Virus record (IMG/VR): IMGVR_UViG_3300031669_000031
Span: 1 to 58,575 of that record
Source of the DNA: a virus
Lineage: Duplodnaviria > Caudoviricetes
Length of the DNA: 58,575 bases
Reading direction: 5' to 3' (one strand)
Shown here: positions 8,518 through 17,207 of the stretch, one piece after another
Position numbering within the stretch: position 1 is the first letter of the stretch
Layout of the letters: each line of letters opens with the position of its first letter
The notes under the pieces: model-generated
Database searches by the model: none
Seen by the model: the letters and a program-made list of their open reading frames with translations, nothing else
Told to the model about the DNA's origin: nothing
Translations under genes and position numbers: made by a program

Positions 8518-8565
8518 TGCTCCCCGGGCCTGAATCGAACAGGCAAGAGCTCCTCCCCGGGGATA
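8518..8565 (-). other. tRNA-like minihelix (acceptor-like stem plus canonical T-arm)
   Basis: Minus strand UCCCCGGG...GCCUG-UUCGAUU-CAGGC-CCGGGGA-GCA; no D or anticodon arm. Confidence 0.5.
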
Positions 8566-8569
8566 ACCA

Positions 8570-9304
8570 TTAAACTTCTATGATCAGAAGTTCAGGCATG
8601 GCCTCCTGAATCTTCTTAATCTGCTCATCAATGATCTTATTCTTTTCTACAGCAATATAATCATTGACCTCCGGGGATATCAGGCTGCAATTAAGGCTCT
8701 CTGCATTGATATTTATTTCAACCTCAAAGGTAATGGCTGGTTCTCCTTTAAAGATAGGCACAACGAGCTGAAAAGATGCAGGGATGTTTGAATCTACGGC
8801 CTGTGATTTGTGCATGGTGTAGTTTGCACGATCATCTGAATGCTTCTCAACTTCCTTGTCAACCTTTGCTTTAAAACTTCTCAGTTCCTTTACAAGCTTC
8901 ATTGCAGTCTCCTTATCCTTAAAGGCAGACCGGTTCATCTTGAACAGTTCAGCTAGGGCAGTAGTCGTTAACTCTTTCCCGGAATTAATGCCAAACTTGA
9001 CAAAATCCTCATGTAGTTCTAATTTCCCGATTATTTTATCAGGATCTTCACTTTTCGGATCGACAAAGAGTGCGATTACCATATTCTCCCGATCAATCGC
9101 GATATGTGCTTTTAAAACAGATTTACCCTCAATAGATCCATATTTAGGGAAATAGGCTTTCTGCTTCTCAATGTACCGAAATGGAGTATCAATATTCCCG
9201 GATAGATTCATAGCAGGAGCAATAAACTCATCTCTTGCTGTACCTTCCCGGAGAATGATCTCATTGCCGGTTAGTCCATTAATTACAATTTGTTCTGTTT
9301 TCAT
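8570..9304 (-). CDS. Conserved phage protein (possibly DUF2303-like)
   Basis: 244-aa ORF; NIPASFQLVVPIFKG resembles the DUF2303 C-terminal pattern. Confidence 0.5.
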   Translation of the reverse strand: MKTEQIVINGLTGNEIILREGTARDEFIAPAMNLSGNIDTPFRYIEKQKAYFPKYGSIEGKSVLKAHIAIDRENMVIALFVDPKSEDPDKIIGKLELHEDFVKFGINSGKELTTTALAELFKMNRSAFKDKETAMKLVKELRSFKAKVDKEVEKHSDDRANYTMHKSQAVDSNIPASFQLVVPIFKGEPAITFEVEININAESLNCSLISPEVNDYIAVEKNKIIDEQIKKIQEAMPELLIIEV

Positions 9305-9313
9305 ACTTTATTA

Positions 9314-9733
9314 TTAGTCGTTAGTACCTTCTCTATTGATAGAGAATATTGTTTTCTGCCTTTCGCCTGGCAGGATCGGCCTCTGATAGACAAGTTCCCC
9401 ATCAGCATTGTAATAGCCCACTTCATCACCTTCAGTTATGATAAAGCATTTCTCATTAACAAACTCAGCCTTGTTTTTGATGTTCGTTAACAGAAGCTTA
9501 GTTTCATCTTTTAAGGGCTTCATCCTTTGCTTGAATGAATCCTTAATAGTATTCAGCTCATCCTCCAATGCATTGTAGTCAAGCATTGTCGTTGAAAGAT
9601 CATCCTTAAACACTCGGATCTGCTCCGGAGTGAAAGGCTTAGTGTAGGAAAAGTTCTCAATCCTGTCGGCTGAGCTTTCAAGAGTCTCCTCCCTTTCCTT
9701 GGCACCTACGTTTTGTAACAATCGTTTTTCCAT
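9314..9733 (-). CDS. Conserved Bacteroidota phage coiled-coil protein
   Basis: Central coiled coil; VGYYNADGELVYQRP...ERQKTIF tail. Confidence 0.65.
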   Translation of the reverse strand: MEKRLLQNVGAKEREETLESSADRIENFSYTKPFTPEQIRVFKDDLSTTMLDYNALEDELNTIKDSFKQRMKPLKDETKLLLTNIKNKAEFVNEKCFIITEGDEVGYYNADGELVYQRPILPGERQKTIFSINREGTND

Positions 9734-9755
9734 ATAAATAAAAGTGTATTAGTGA

Positions 9756-10067
9756 TTAAAATATTGGTTCCTGATGGATCGGCTTCCAGGATTTCTGTTT
9801 CTTCTTCTTGTCAAACCGATGTTTTAGCTCGTAAGGGAGATATTCCCCAAACTCCCTTATCATATTAACCTTGGCAAGTTTATGATGTTCTGCTTTCACA
9901 TCAAAATCCTTTGCCAGTATGTTCCATGCTGTTCCCCGGCTTATTCCTTTATTACATAAGCTTGCTCTGGTCCAGTTCGTAATGCTGCTCTTGGCATTAT
10001 CAAACATTTGCTTCAGTTGATCATTAGAGACCACATCTGCTATCTGCCTTGCGAGTGGTCTGTTCAT
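9756..10067 (-). CDS. Hypothetical protein
   Basis: ORF track, operon context. Confidence 0.6.
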   Translation of the reverse strand: MNRPLARQIADVVSNDQLKQMFDNAKSSITNWTRASLCNKGISRGTAWNILAKDFDVKAEHHKLAKVNMIREFGEYLPYELKHRFDKKKKQKSWKPIHQEPIF

Positions 10068-10070
10068 GGC

Positions 10071-10304
10071 TTACTCGCAATAAGAATAGTGACAATGAGG
10101 GCAGCCTGTAATTAATTCTGAAGAAGCCCTTTCAACTGAATAACCGGATTTATATTTATCTCCCCATTGGGTATAAATATTTCTATGGCAGTTATAGCAT
10201 GATCCATTCCCCGGGGCGAAGTGAGGATAGTCCTTTTCTTTGCAATAAGCTTTTTGTGCCTCACACGCTTTTTGCACATCAAATGTTTCTGTTTTTGTAC
10301 TCAT
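10071..10304 (-). CDS. Small zinc-ribbon protein
   Basis: CYNC...ITGCPHC; probable start MSTKTE. Confidence 0.6.
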   Translation of the reverse strand: MSTKTETFDVQKACEAQKAYCKEKDYPHFAPGNGSCYNCHRNIYTQWGDKYKSGYSVERASSELITGCPHCHYSYCE

Positions 10305-10317
10305 AATCAATAAGGTG

Positions 10318-10800
10318 TTAAGTTTTGAAATTAAGGTTTGCGAATTCTCCATGATATTGCTTGGCTGCTATATCATAGGCTCTGGCAGCATCTTCTTCAA
10401 TCATAAAGAATCCTAAATGAATTCTTCTGCCTTTAATATAAATACATGCTCTGAATTTAGATTTATATTTCTTCCCCGAAAATGTTACTCCGAGATATTT
10501 AGAATAGCCATAAGGAGTTGTATTTATCCGATTCTGCGAATGAGTAGCATTCCTAATATTGTGCCTTTGGCAGTTTAATCCGTTGTGATCCTGATGATCT
10601 GTTAATTTTCCTTTGGGCGTGTTAAGAATTTCTCGGTGCATGTAAATAGTCTTTTGCTTCCCATTAATTCGCTTAGACGCCCTCGTTGCATAATAAGTAT
10701 TTTTAAACCTACTTGCGCACCACTTCCAGACATTCAGCCAATCATAGTCTGCATCGTCAACTTGGGCAAATTTGCCTTGAGATAATGTAATAAGTTTCAT
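10318..10800 (-). CDS. HNH-AP2 homing endonuclease
   Basis: MHREIL...DHQDHNGLNCQRHNIR (HNH) plus SKYLGV...HLGFF..EEDAARAYD.AA...HGEFANLNF (AP2); start MKLITLSQGK. Confidence 0.9.
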   Translation of the reverse strand: MKLITLSQGKFAQVDDADYDWLNVWKWCASRFKNTYYATRASKRINGKQKTIYMHREILNTPKGKLTDHQDHNGLNCQRHNIRNATHSQNRINTTPYGYSKYLGVTFSGKKYKSKFRACIYIKGRRIHLGFFMIEEDAARAYDIAAKQYHGEFANLNFKT

Positions 10801-10902
10801 ATTGTCGAACATTTGATAAATCCGAACGAAAAAGAATTGGAAGGGGCGTTCGGTTCCCCTTATCAGCAAGTAGCTAATCTTGCCTATCCAATTCCAAAGG
10901 TA
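10801..10902 (-). promoter_or_regulatory. Promoter -7 box plus structured 5' leader of the HNH-AP2 gene
   Basis: TACCTTTG at 10902-10895; stems GAATTGGA/TCCAATTC, GCAAG/CTTGC and AAGGGG/CCCCTT. Confidence 0.6.
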
Positions 10903-10919
10903 TAAAGAATTATCCATCT

Positions 10920-11660
10920 TTAATACGGTAGATGATTAAAATCAATCGTCAGTTCTTTGTCTGCTGCAATGGTAGTTTTGCAGAATTCGCCAGAGATCTC
11001 TGTAACGAATCGGGCTTCATCCGAATTTGCAGAACTTAAATGGAGAAGCACAATGTTCATTACATTTGATAAGTCCAAAGAGCGAAGTATATTTTTGGCT
11101 GTCTCCAATTCTAAATGTGTATAAAGCAATCGAGGTCTCATAACAGGGCTTAATCTGCCATTAATAATATTGTTTTCAAGAATCGAATCTTCGTAATTCA
11201 CTTCCAGGAGGATCTGATTAAGGTTCTTAAAAGTATATGGAACCGTATAGGTATCTGTGACAAAGAGTATATTTCCGGAAGAAGGATGATTAATGTGAAA
11301 ACCTAAGCAATAACAATCATGTTCAACTTCAAATCCAATAATTTTAAAGTTTCCCATCTTGTATCCTTTTTCGGGAATGACAACTTTTGCCCGGAAATGG
11401 GAGATTGGAATATTGTGAGAAGCAAACACATCTTCACTTGATAATACCCTGATTCCCGCAGCCATAACGTCTTTAATGCTTTTAGAATGATCCCTATGCC
11501 TATGAGTTGATAAAGCCCCCACTACTTTAGCTATGTTATAATTCAATGCCTTCTTAATTTGATTAAAGGGGACACCGCATTCTACTATAAGTGCTTCATC
11601 TCCTGCATCTAAAATGTAACAATTACCGACTGATCCCGATGAAACTATTTTAAGAACCAT
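10920..11660 (-). CDS. Metallo-beta-lactamase-fold hydrolase (phage exonuclease-type, RecT partner)
   Basis: SSGSVGNCY, THRHRDH, HD, TDT, EVNY, HL, LLHLS motifs. Confidence 0.9.
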   Translation of the reverse strand: MVLKIVSSGSVGNCYILDAGDEALIVECGVPFNQIKKALNYNIAKVVGALSTHRHRDHSKSIKDVMAAGIRVLSSEDVFASHNIPISHFRAKVVIPEKGYKMGNFKIIGFEVEHDCYCLGFHINHPSSGNILFVTDTYTVPYTFKNLNQILLEVNYEDSILENNIINGRLSPVMRPRLLYTHLELETAKNILRSLDLSNVMNIVLLHLSSANSDEARFVTEISGEFCKTTIAADKELTIDFNHLPY

Positions 11661-11663
11661 GAT

Positions 11664-12215
11664 TTAGTCATTAGTAAATTTCCATTTATATCCATAAGCT
11701 GATTTGCGCCAACCGCGACAACAGGCATATACGTTTCTAAAGTCAAAACCAAGAGCCTGCTGAATAGAACGAGAATTATCCCACTTACATAAAAACTCTC
11801 CAGATAGCAATAGTTGATTTATCTCTCTTGATTTTGGATTATCTTTGCCAACCCTTCCCGTCATTGTTCCGGGTTGCCCAAGCACCCTGTGTTTATGGGT
11901 CTCGTTCTCTGACTTAGTGGCCCATTCTAAGTTGGTTACATAATTATTACTTTTAACCCCATCTTTATGGTTGGTTGCATACTTATTTTCAGGATTAGGT
12001 ATAAATGTAAGTGCTATTAATCTATTAACTCTATAAAGTTTTGGTTTGTCATTACAAAGATGAAGAATTAGATAACCTTGTTTTTGTTTAGATTGTTTAA
12101 GAATGCGACTATGAGATGAATTTCTAAATCTTAATGACTTAATTCGACCCTTTGTTGAAGCCTGGTACCTTCCGTTAAATCCCGGAATCTCTTTCCATAT
12201 TTCCTGTTTCTCCAT
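11664..12215 (-). CDS. NUMOD4-HNH homing endonuclease with C-terminal NUMOD1
   Basis: EIWKEIPGFNGRYQASTKGRIKS (NUMOD4); VNRLIALTFIPNP...NHKDGVKSNNYVTNLEW (HNH); SAYGYKW; probable start MEKQEIW. Confidence 0.9.
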   Translation of the reverse strand: MEKQEIWKEIPGFNGRYQASTKGRIKSLRFRNSSHSRILKQSKQKQGYLILHLCNDKPKLYRVNRLIALTFIPNPENKYATNHKDGVKSNNYVTNLEWATKSENETHKHRVLGQPGTMTGRVGKDNPKSREINQLLLSGEFLCKWDNSRSIQQALGFDFRNVYACCRGWRKSAYGYKWKFTND

Positions 12216-12345
12216 TGCATTAAATAATAAAGCCCCTACGGTAGAAGGCTTATCGGTCATACCTTGCGGGATGATCGCAACTACTTTCAGGGCGTTAATA
12301 TTTCTTTTTTTGGTCATGATATAACCGATAAGCGGTACAAATATA
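12216..12345 (-). promoter_or_regulatory. Promoter -7 box plus structured 5' leader of the NUMOD4-HNH gene
   Basis: TATATTTG at 12345-12338; 14-nt complementarity GCTTATCGGTTATA / TATGACCGATAAGC. Confidence 0.6.
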
Positions 12346-12357
12346 AGCAATTTTGGT

Positions 12358-13365
12358 TTAATATCCTGGTTCTCCCGGTCCTTTGTCTTCCTGTTCTGCG
12401 CTGTGAGATCCTGAATGCTCATTATGTCGAGCTTCATTCTCAAGATCAGAAAGGTTCCCCTGTCGTCCTGGGGCTTCTTTCATCTGTTCGAGCTGTTCTT
12501 TTGGAACATTATCATTAACCTCCTCAAAAGTAGTATCGTGAATATCGAGCTGCTTCTTCCCTGATCTCTCTTTGATAGCCTCATCCCTCTCTTTTACCGG
12601 CCTGTTTTGATCATCCTCTGATATTATCTCGGAATCATCACTTGAACCAATCAGGTTATTGGTTGCCCTGTTGATTACTGTTCTGCGGCACATACGATCA
12701 GTGAATCCTTTATGTGCAGGTGAATCTCCTTTTGTCGCTCCCATCATCCATGCCTGTTTGAGCTGAACAATGGTCATGATCTCTACACCGGTTGAACCAT
12801 CATTGAAGACAACAACAGCGTATGCACCTTTGATCTTTGCAATATCCTGATTGTCGAGACTTAGTGCATGCTTGATAATTCTTTGTCTGCCATTGGTGAT
12901 ATCTACCTCATATTGAAATTCATCACCTTCATAGATACATTGGGCATTGACCTCTTTCACATCAGCATCACGCCTTGCCAGAAGGATATGTCCCCGGTAG
13001 TCAGGCTGCCATTTAAGTTCAAACTTGTCAGTAGCCTTGTTTTTGTACGGGATGAAATAGCCCTGCTTCTTCCATATGCTGAGGCCATCAATGCACATCG
13101 CCATGATTGAATTGGCAATAGAGGGCAGGGTACATTTATCAATAAGGTATATTCCATCCTTATCGGCAGCCTCTGCCAGAAATAGCATAGCTCCTTTTAC
13201 CGCATTCTCCTTTGAGTAATTTGGAGGGAATGTAATATTTCCGGTTTCCTCCAATGTCTGAAGATGCTCAAGAGTCTTAACTGCTACCTCATCCAATCTT
13301 TGTTTCCGGTTGGATGGGGGTGTACTTGTTGCAGGTACGCTCCCTGCTGTTTTTTTGTCTGTCAT
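12358..13365 (-). CDS. recT: RecT/Redbeta-family single-strand annealing protein
   Basis: GLS..KKQGYFIPY, YRGHILLA, IYEGDEF, IKGAYAVV, MCRRTVINRA motifs; sits between an SMC-like ATPase and an MBL nuclease. Confidence 0.9.
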   Translation of the reverse strand: MTDKKTAGSVPATSTPPSNRKQRLDEVAVKTLEHLQTLEETGNITFPPNYSKENAVKGAMLFLAEAADKDGIYLIDKCTLPSIANSIMAMCIDGLSIWKKQGYFIPYKNKATDKFELKWQPDYRGHILLARRDADVKEVNAQCIYEGDEFQYEVDITNGRQRIIKHALSLDNQDIAKIKGAYAVVVFNDGSTGVEIMTIVQLKQAWMMGATKGDSPAHKGFTDRMCRRTVINRATNNLIGSSDDSEIISEDDQNRPVKERDEAIKERSGKKQLDIHDTTFEEVNDNVPKEQLEQMKEAPGRQGNLSDLENEARHNEHSGSHSAEQEDKGPGEPGY

Positions 13366-13387
13366 AATATTAAATGTATTAAATGGT

Positions 13388-15382
13388 TTATCCAAATATC
13401 AATGGGTTATCCAAAGTTACGTATAATTTCACCATCTGAGCCTTTGTAGCGATAAACTCATTGGTGCTTTCAGCGTTATCAATAAAGATAGGGGCAATGA
13501 TGCCATGAGCTCTTGACATGGTGTTAATAATATCAAGTCCGATGTTGATTTTTGCAGCTCTGTTAAGATCTGAATAGGGTACCCCTTTATAAGATACTTC
13601 GCAAGTCTCGACAAGCTGACCATTGACCTGTAAATCAAACATCTTGAATTTAGCATGATCAAACAGGCTGTTTATCTGCTCCTCGAGCATGGTGATCTTA
13701 CGAAATATAAAAGCATCAATGGTAAACTGCATCTGTTCCAGATCAGCGATCTCCTGAGAGAGCTTTGTCTGCTGTCCTTCCAGTTCTGCTCTTCTGCTTT
13801 CAGCTTTTTGTATTGCATCACGCTTTGCGAGCCTTATTTTCTTATCGTCTAAAGAGTTACGAGCAAAGACGATCTCTTTCTCAATATCAGAAACATCAAC
13901 AGCTTTGATTTCCCCAAGCTTTTTAAGGGTGCTTTGAAACATTTCTAAATCAGTCACCATCTGTTGGTATTCTGCATGCGCTGCAAGCCTCTCCTCCACT
14001 GTGCCGGTTTTTAATGGCTGGTCAGCCTCTGTTAGTCGTATGCGCACAGCTTCCCGGTCCGTATTCAGCTTATCAATTTTTTTAGTCAGCTCGTCAATCT
14101 GAGTTTGCTTGCTTTCGATCTGGCCTTTGATCTTCAGGCCCTTTTCTTTATTCTGAGCGAGAGCGGAATTCTTTTCCAGGTTAAATTTGGCAATAGCTTC
14201 TTCTGTGCTGCTGTTTAACATATCTTCAGGCAGTATCTGATGGCAATTAAAGCAAAGAGTATTATCCTCACTGGATTTAAAGACTCTTTCATTGATAGCT
14301 TTCCAATCATCGATCAGGATGTTGCGCTTAGCCTGTAGCTCTGCAAGTTCCTCTTTATTATCTGCCAGGGTATTGGTAGCACGTCCAATCAGCCCTTCAT
14401 AGTCAGCCAGGTTGTTCTTGATCTCCTGTACTTTCTGCTGATGGGTATGATATTCTGATCTTATGGAATTCTCGATTTCATTCTTAATGGCAGTCATGCG
14501 CTGGCTCCAGGTATTTATATCGGATTGCAGGTCTGCCCGCTTTGTTGACTCTCCTTCCACACTGGCAAGCTTATCAGTCTTTTCAGTCTCTTTGCGCCTG
14601 ATGAATGCTTCTGCTGCCGATATGCTTACTTCAAGATCAGTCCAGTTTTCAGCCTCCGGCATTCCCCTGTTCACTTCATCCACTCTTGCAGGTATAAGAT
14701 CAAGTTCCTCTTTCAGTTTACGTTTTTCGGAAGCTATCTGTTTCATGTAGTCCTCGATAGTCTTATCCCGGGTTATAATCTTCATCAGCTCATCAAATTT
14801 GCCCTGCTGCTTCGTTTTAAGGGGTATGGATTCAATGATGCCCTCATTTGTTACTTCCGGTATCAATGCAAAGAGTGAAGCCCTCTGAGTAGTCCAGTCA
14901 AGGCCAGGGAAGTAATTAGGGTTAGTCAGTAGTTTGAACAGTGCCTCAGGGCATAAACTATCAATCTTATCCATGTACTCTTTCTGAGTGCATGGCACCC
15001 TATCGACATTATAGATTGTTTCATTGCCGGTAAATTCAGCCTGTGCCTTACCCCTGGGCTTCTCCCATTTCTCCCGGAAGGTTCTTTTCAGGATCATGGT
15101 CCTTGGGACTTCATTGTCCTCCCCATGCCAGACATGAAGCTTTCCGATTACTTCATGGTCCAACATTGGAATTACTTTCCCATTTTCATCAAGAGTCTTT
15201 ATCCCGAACTTTTTCCGGTCAGTAGAATCCTTTCCGAACATCAGCCAGAGCCATGCATCAACTACAGTTGTTTTGCCGGTCTCGTTTTCACCTTTGATGG
15301 TGGTGTCATCCGTAAAATCAATAGACAAAGACTTTAAGCCCTTGAAATTGACGATAATAAGTTGCTTTAATTCAATTTTCAT
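13388..15382 (-). CDS. SMC/Rad50-like AAA ATPase
   Basis: NFKGL, Walker A GENETGKTT, long coiled coil with CFNC hook, signature LNRAAKINIGLDII, PIFIDNAES. Confidence 0.9.
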   Translation of the reverse strand: MKIELKQLIIVNFKGLKSLSIDFTDDTTIKGENETGKTTVVDAWLWLMFGKDSTDRKKFGIKTLDENGKVIPMLDHEVIGKLHVWHGEDNEVPRTMILKRTFREKWEKPRGKAQAEFTGNETIYNVDRVPCTQKEYMDKIDSLCPEALFKLLTNPNYFPGLDWTTQRASLFALIPEVTNEGIIESIPLKTKQQGKFDELMKIITRDKTIEDYMKQIASEKRKLKEELDLIPARVDEVNRGMPEAENWTDLEVSISAAEAFIRRKETEKTDKLASVEGESTKRADLQSDINTWSQRMTAIKNEIENSIRSEYHTHQQKVQEIKNNLADYEGLIGRATNTLADNKEELAELQAKRNILIDDWKAINERVFKSSEDNTLCFNCHQILPEDMLNSSTEEAIAKFNLEKNSALAQNKEKGLKIKGQIESKQTQIDELTKKIDKLNTDREAVRIRLTEADQPLKTGTVEERLAAHAEYQQMVTDLEMFQSTLKKLGEIKAVDVSDIEKEIVFARNSLDDKKIRLAKRDAIQKAESRRAELEGQQTKLSQEIADLEQMQFTIDAFIFRKITMLEEQINSLFDHAKFKMFDLQVNGQLVETCEVSYKGVPYSDLNRAAKINIGLDIINTMSRAHGIIAPIFIDNAESTNEFIATKAQMVKLYVTLDNPLIFG

Positions 15383-15392
15383 ATTTTAAATT

Positions 15393-15632
15393 TTAATACC
15401 TTATTTTAAATCCTGTCTTAACCTGAATCCCTGTCATCAGTGCGGCCTGTTCTACCTTCAGCCTGATGGGAGGGAAGGTATAAATTACTTTCCTCTTGCG
15501 TATGGCAACATAATGGCCTACAACAGTATCAACTGCGATCTCGTCTATCACAAAACGGATCTCGTCAAAGGTAAGCCGTTGTCCCTTTGGCAGTATCTTA
15601 CGAACAGCGATTGTTATATCTTCACTCTGCAT
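15393..15632 (-). CDS. Hypothetical protein
   Basis: ORF track, operon context. Confidence 0.55.
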   Translation of the reverse strand: MQSEDITIAVRKILPKGQRLTFDEIRFVIDEIAVDTVVGHYVAIRKRKVIYTFPPIRLKVEQAALMTGIQVKTGFKIRY

Positions 15633-15639
15633 TTTAAAG

Positions 15640-16161
15640 TTAATGTATTAGTGCTGCATGACATAGAAATATATCGGGAACCATTTCTTTTAGATAGGTC
15701 AGGTCAACAATAATAAACCTGCTTATTTCCCCTGAGGAGGTTTGTAATAGTAGAATGTCACCAAGAGTAAGTCTCCGGTTTTTAAGAATCCCAACAATAT
15801 CATAGACCAAGCCATTTCTTAATGTTGCTACTATTTTGGCAGATCCTTTATCAGTTGAGACAGTTAAGTCAATTTCCTGAGGATATTCCTTCCTGATCTG
15901 GCTGATGTACGTGGATAACTCGCTCTCGTTGCATCTAATGAGGAACTGGAGCAGGTTTTTCTCCGGGGATGGTCTCCTGTCAATTAACCAATACGGTAAG
16001 TTTAAGATCAGGACAACAGCTAATCCAAATAAGATTGTAAAGATACATAAGGATCGTTCAAAAACAGACACCTCTGCAAATTGAAGGATCAATAGTATTA
16101 CAATCACTAGACCGCCCCAAGCATACAGGGCAGTCAGTCTTAATGATTTGTCGTCTTTCAT
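15640..16161 (-). CDS. Membrane protein (two N-terminal TM helices)
   Basis: Two hydrophobic segments followed by a soluble domain. Confidence 0.6.
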   Translation of the reverse strand: MKDDKSLRLTALYAWGGLVIVILLILQFAEVSVFERSLCIFTILFGLAVVLILNLPYWLIDRRPSPEKNLLQFLIRCNESELSTYISQIRKEYPQEIDLTVSTDKGSAKIVATLRNGLVYDIVGILKNRRLTLGDILLLQTSSGEISRFIIVDLTYLKEMVPDIFLCHAALIH

Positions 16162-16511
16162 CCCTCGTCCTCCACTTCTTTATCTTCTTCTTTTGCCGGG
16201 ACCTGGTAATCATCATTCAGATCTTCGAATTCCTCTTTAAGTTTATGCTCAAAAGTATCACAATGACGTTTGCACCTTTGCAGGAAACGAATAGCCTCCT
16301 CGTTGATCTGTGTCTTTAGCTTCTCTGGGATTTTGTTATTGCCACTTTGGTTGGTTCTTGATCCATTTTCAGGATAGATATCAATTACACTGCCTCTGTT
16401 TGGTGCTACTAATTCGAGATTGTTTATAAGGCCAAACTTCTCTTTTAGTTTCTGCACTGACTCAACTTTCTCTGTCAGGTCAAGCCCTTTCATAAATGCT
16501 TCTTTTTTCAT
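16158..16511 (-). CDS. Hypothetical protein
   Basis: Probable start MKKEAF; acidic tail. Confidence 0.6.
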   Translation of the reverse strand: MKKEAFMKGLDLTEKVESVQKLKEKFGLINNLELVAPNRGSVIDIYPENGSRTNQSGNNKIPEKLKTQINEEAIRFLQRCKRHCDTFEHKLKEEFEDLNDDYQVPAKEEDKEVEDEG

Positions 16512-16515
16512 ATGG

Positions 16516-16956
16516 CTATTTATAAAGTGGTAACAGACCATCAATAAGGTTCAAGCGCATCTGCATCTGGTTAATTTCCACCTGAAGGCTTGCTTTTTCT
16601 TCTTCCAGGAGAGTGACAAGTTTTGGATATTGTGAAGAATCCTTGACAGTTGGAGGTATTTCTTCTTTCTTGTCTGGCTCTTTTGAAATGGTAATCTCGG
16701 TATGTTTGGTCTCAATTGGAAGATCATGCTTCTTTTTGCAATACTCTTTGAGAGATAATCCTGAGTTTATCCACTTCAGTACTTTACCCCATACGGTATT
16801 CCCTAATCGGGCCCAATAGTTCTTATTAAAAAGGTAAGATACCTGTACCGCAGTCAGCCCAATGCTGTCTCCTGCTTCTTTTTTTGATAAATGTTCTTTC
16901 TTTAATGCCGAAAGAAACTTATCTGCCGTAATTTGTTTTGAAATTTCATTCATCAT
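16516..16956 (-). CDS. Probable Cro/C1-like HTH transcriptional regulator
   Basis: LKKEHLSKKEAGDSIGLTAVQVSYLFN HTH-like pattern; C-terminal coiled coil. Confidence 0.5.
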   Translation of the reverse strand: MMNEISKQITADKFLSALKKEHLSKKEAGDSIGLTAVQVSYLFNKNYWARLGNTVWGKVLKWINSGLSLKEYCKKKHDLPIETKHTEITISKEPDKKEEIPPTVKDSSQYPKLVTLLEEEKASLQVEINQMQMRLNLIDGLLPLYK

Positions 16957-16987
16957 AATAAAGTATTAATTAATAAGCGGTTATAAT

Positions 16988-17197
16988 TCATTTCAATGCT
17001 ATTAACCATTCCTGATAACCTGCATTGAATGCTATCGGATCATTTGTCCGCATCCATGTACCCCAATGGATTGTGGAGGCAGGAATCCTGCCTCCATTAC
17101 TCCATTTATCGTCCTCCGGAATGCCTAACTCGTTCAGGTATTCCTCATAAGCTACCCTTGTATTGGGTGCTGTCTTATATTCCAGTGGTCGTGCCAT
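16988..17197 (-). CDS. Hypothetical protein
   Basis: WGTWMRTNDPIAFNAGYQEW; small phage-type ORF. Confidence 0.6.
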   Translation of the reverse strand: MARPLEYKTAPNTRVAYEEYLNELGIPEDDKWSNGGRIPASTIHWGTWMRTNDPIAFNAGYQEWLIALK

Positions 17198-17207
17198 TAT
17201 AATAGGT

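Noticed and set aside
10318-12345. Group I introns housing the HNH genes
   Set aside because: Flanking genes (recT, MBL hydrolase, zinc-ribbon ORF) appear complete and no P7-type core is recognisable; endonucleases look free-standing
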